From the NCBI GenBank assembly GCA_964634365.1, contig CAZWJU010000001.1:86585-150584 (forward strand): DNA of 64,000 bases. The letters are read 5' to 3'. Every line of letters starts with the position of its first letter. Positions within the stretch are counted from its first letter, which is position 1. This document shows, in pieces, positions 63,127 to 64,000 of the stretch. Origin of the DNA: an uncultured Candidatus Saccharibacteria bacterium. Lineage in GTDB: Bacteria; Patescibacteriota; Minisyncoccia; Phycocordibacterales; UBA9973. Both the position numbers and the translations under genes were made by a program. The notes under the pieces were generated by a model. The model ran no database searches. It saw nothing but the letters and a program-made list of their open reading frames with translations, and was not told where the DNA came from.

Positions 63127-64000
63127 ATGAAGAGTAGCGAAATATACGATTGCATAGTAGTAGGCGGAGGAGCTAGTGGGATGATGGCCGCTGGTGTTGC
63201 TGCCGAGTCCGGCAAACGAGTTTTAGTGATTGAGAAGAATCGATCTCTCGGAGAAAAACTCAAGATTACTGGTGGTGGTAGATGTAACATAACAAATGCC
63301 GAAGAAGACTTACGTACTTTTCTAAAGTCCTACGACAAGGCAGCGGATTTTTTATTTTCGCCTTTTTCACAATTTAACAACAAAGATACTTTTACTTTTT
63401 TTGAAAAATTGGGCTTACCTATAGTAGTACAAGCTCGCAAACGTGCATTTCCTGAAAGCGAAAAAGCTTACGACGTGTATATGGCAATGAAAAAGTATCT
63501 TGAAAAAGGCAAGGTTGAACTGAAGTTAGGCCAATCTGTACTAAAAGTTACGCGTGATGGTAGTGGTAAAAATATTGCTAGCGTACAGACAAAGGATGGA
63601 ATATACAAAGCCAAGTCTTTTATATTTGCTACAGGTGGAGTATCGCACCCAGAAACCGGATCGACTGGTGACGGGTTTAAGTGGCTAAGCGATCTAGGGC
63701 ATGAAGTTGTAGATCCGACACCGACGATTGTGCCAATCAAAGTAAAAGATAAGTGGGTACACACACTGGCTGGAGTATCTATGTCTTTCATGAAGATAAT
63801 ATTTTATTTAGATGGTAAAAAACAGTTTTCAAAAACTGGTAAAGTACTCTTTACACACTTTGGTTTATCTGGGCCATTGATATTAAATAGTTCAAAAAAA
63901 GTTTCTGAACTACTGCACAGCGGTTTGGTGACTGCTAAAATCGATGCCTATCCAGATACAGAACTTGGAGATTTAGAAAAGAAAATAATAAAAGTATTTG
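63127..64000 (+). CDS. HI0933/YhiN-family FAD-dependent flavoprotein, 3'-partial (runs off window end)
   Basis: YDCIVVGGGASGMMAAGVAAESGKRVLVIEKN (FAD Rossmann), KITGGGRCNITN (HI0933 signature), FATGGVSHPETGSTGDGFKW. Open frame to position 64000. Not in the ORF track because no stop codon falls within the window. Confidence 0.8.
   Translation, partial: MKSSEIYDCIVVGGGASGMMAAGVAAESGKRVLVIEKNRSLGEKLKITGGGRCNITNAEEDLRTFLKSYDKAADFLFSPFSQFNNKDTFTFFEKLGLPIVVQARKRAFPESEKAYDVYMAMKKYLEKGKVELKLGQSVLKVTRDGSGKNIASVQTKDGIYKAKSFIFATGGVSHPETGSTGDGFKWLSDLGHEVVDPTPTIVPIKVKDKWVHTLAGVSMSFMKIIFYLDGKKQFSKTGKVLFTHFGLSGPLILNSSKKVSELLHSGLVTAKIDAYPDTELGDLEKKIIKVF

Overview
AT-rich bacterial chromosomal segment, about 35-40% GC by eye, with short intergenic regions and many small proteins. 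The gene content resembles a streamlined Gram-positive-like or Candidate Phyla Radiation/Patescibacteria genome. Supporting features are a 580-aa AlaRS without the C-terminal domain, a PriA whose Walker motifs are degenerate, compact operons, and no respiratory or biosynthetic genes in 64 kb. The core, syntenic part holds housekeeping genes. These are cell division and shape (ftsZ-ftsA, mreB, mltG, a Mur ligase, rseP), translation (infA-rpmJ-rpsM-rpsK-rpsD-rpoA-rplQ and rplM-rpsI, frr, typA, alaS, mnmA, ybeY, rpsU), chaperones (grpE, dnaK with a divergent PaaX-like regulator) and trxB, msrA and speH. Three accessory patches stand out. (i) At the 5' edge is a giant partial Rhs/YD-repeat polymorphic toxin. 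It carries an SpvB-like N-terminus, FG-GAP repeats, an RHS core, and a C-terminal PD-(D/E)xK-like toxin tip. A small putative immunity gene and a KAP-family P-loop NTPase follow it. (ii) At 52.7-56.7 kb is a tight five-gene plus-strand operon. It encodes a MazG-like NTP pyrophosphatase, a GIY-YIG nuclease fused to a DUF2075/Schlafen-like P-loop ATPase, a GHKL (histidine-kinase-like) ATPase, a small STAS-like DUF4325-type protein, and a 2-TM protein. This has the hallmarks of an uncharacterised defense/conflict system. It is followed by a YegP/DUF1508 mini-gene bracketed by 21-bp inverted repeats. (iii) At 57.5-62.5 kb is a cluster of small stress/sulfur-related genes. They are a GC-rich DUF1801 gene, an ArsR-family regulator, a rhodanese, TspO, DoxX, a cupin and a bacterial SET-domain protein. 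A palindromic CATTTTGCAAAATTACAAAATG motif recurs upstream of several of them. Non-coding candidates are a GC-rich structured RNA right after rpsI (SRP-RNA-like), long intergenic inverted-repeat pairs between trxB and ftsZ, and a terminator-capped ~330-nt leader/sRNA region at 58.8-59.1 kb. No rRNA, tRNA or CRISPR array was found. All coordinates and motif calls come from reading the sequence by eye. Family assignments are inferred from remembered family signatures without database searches.
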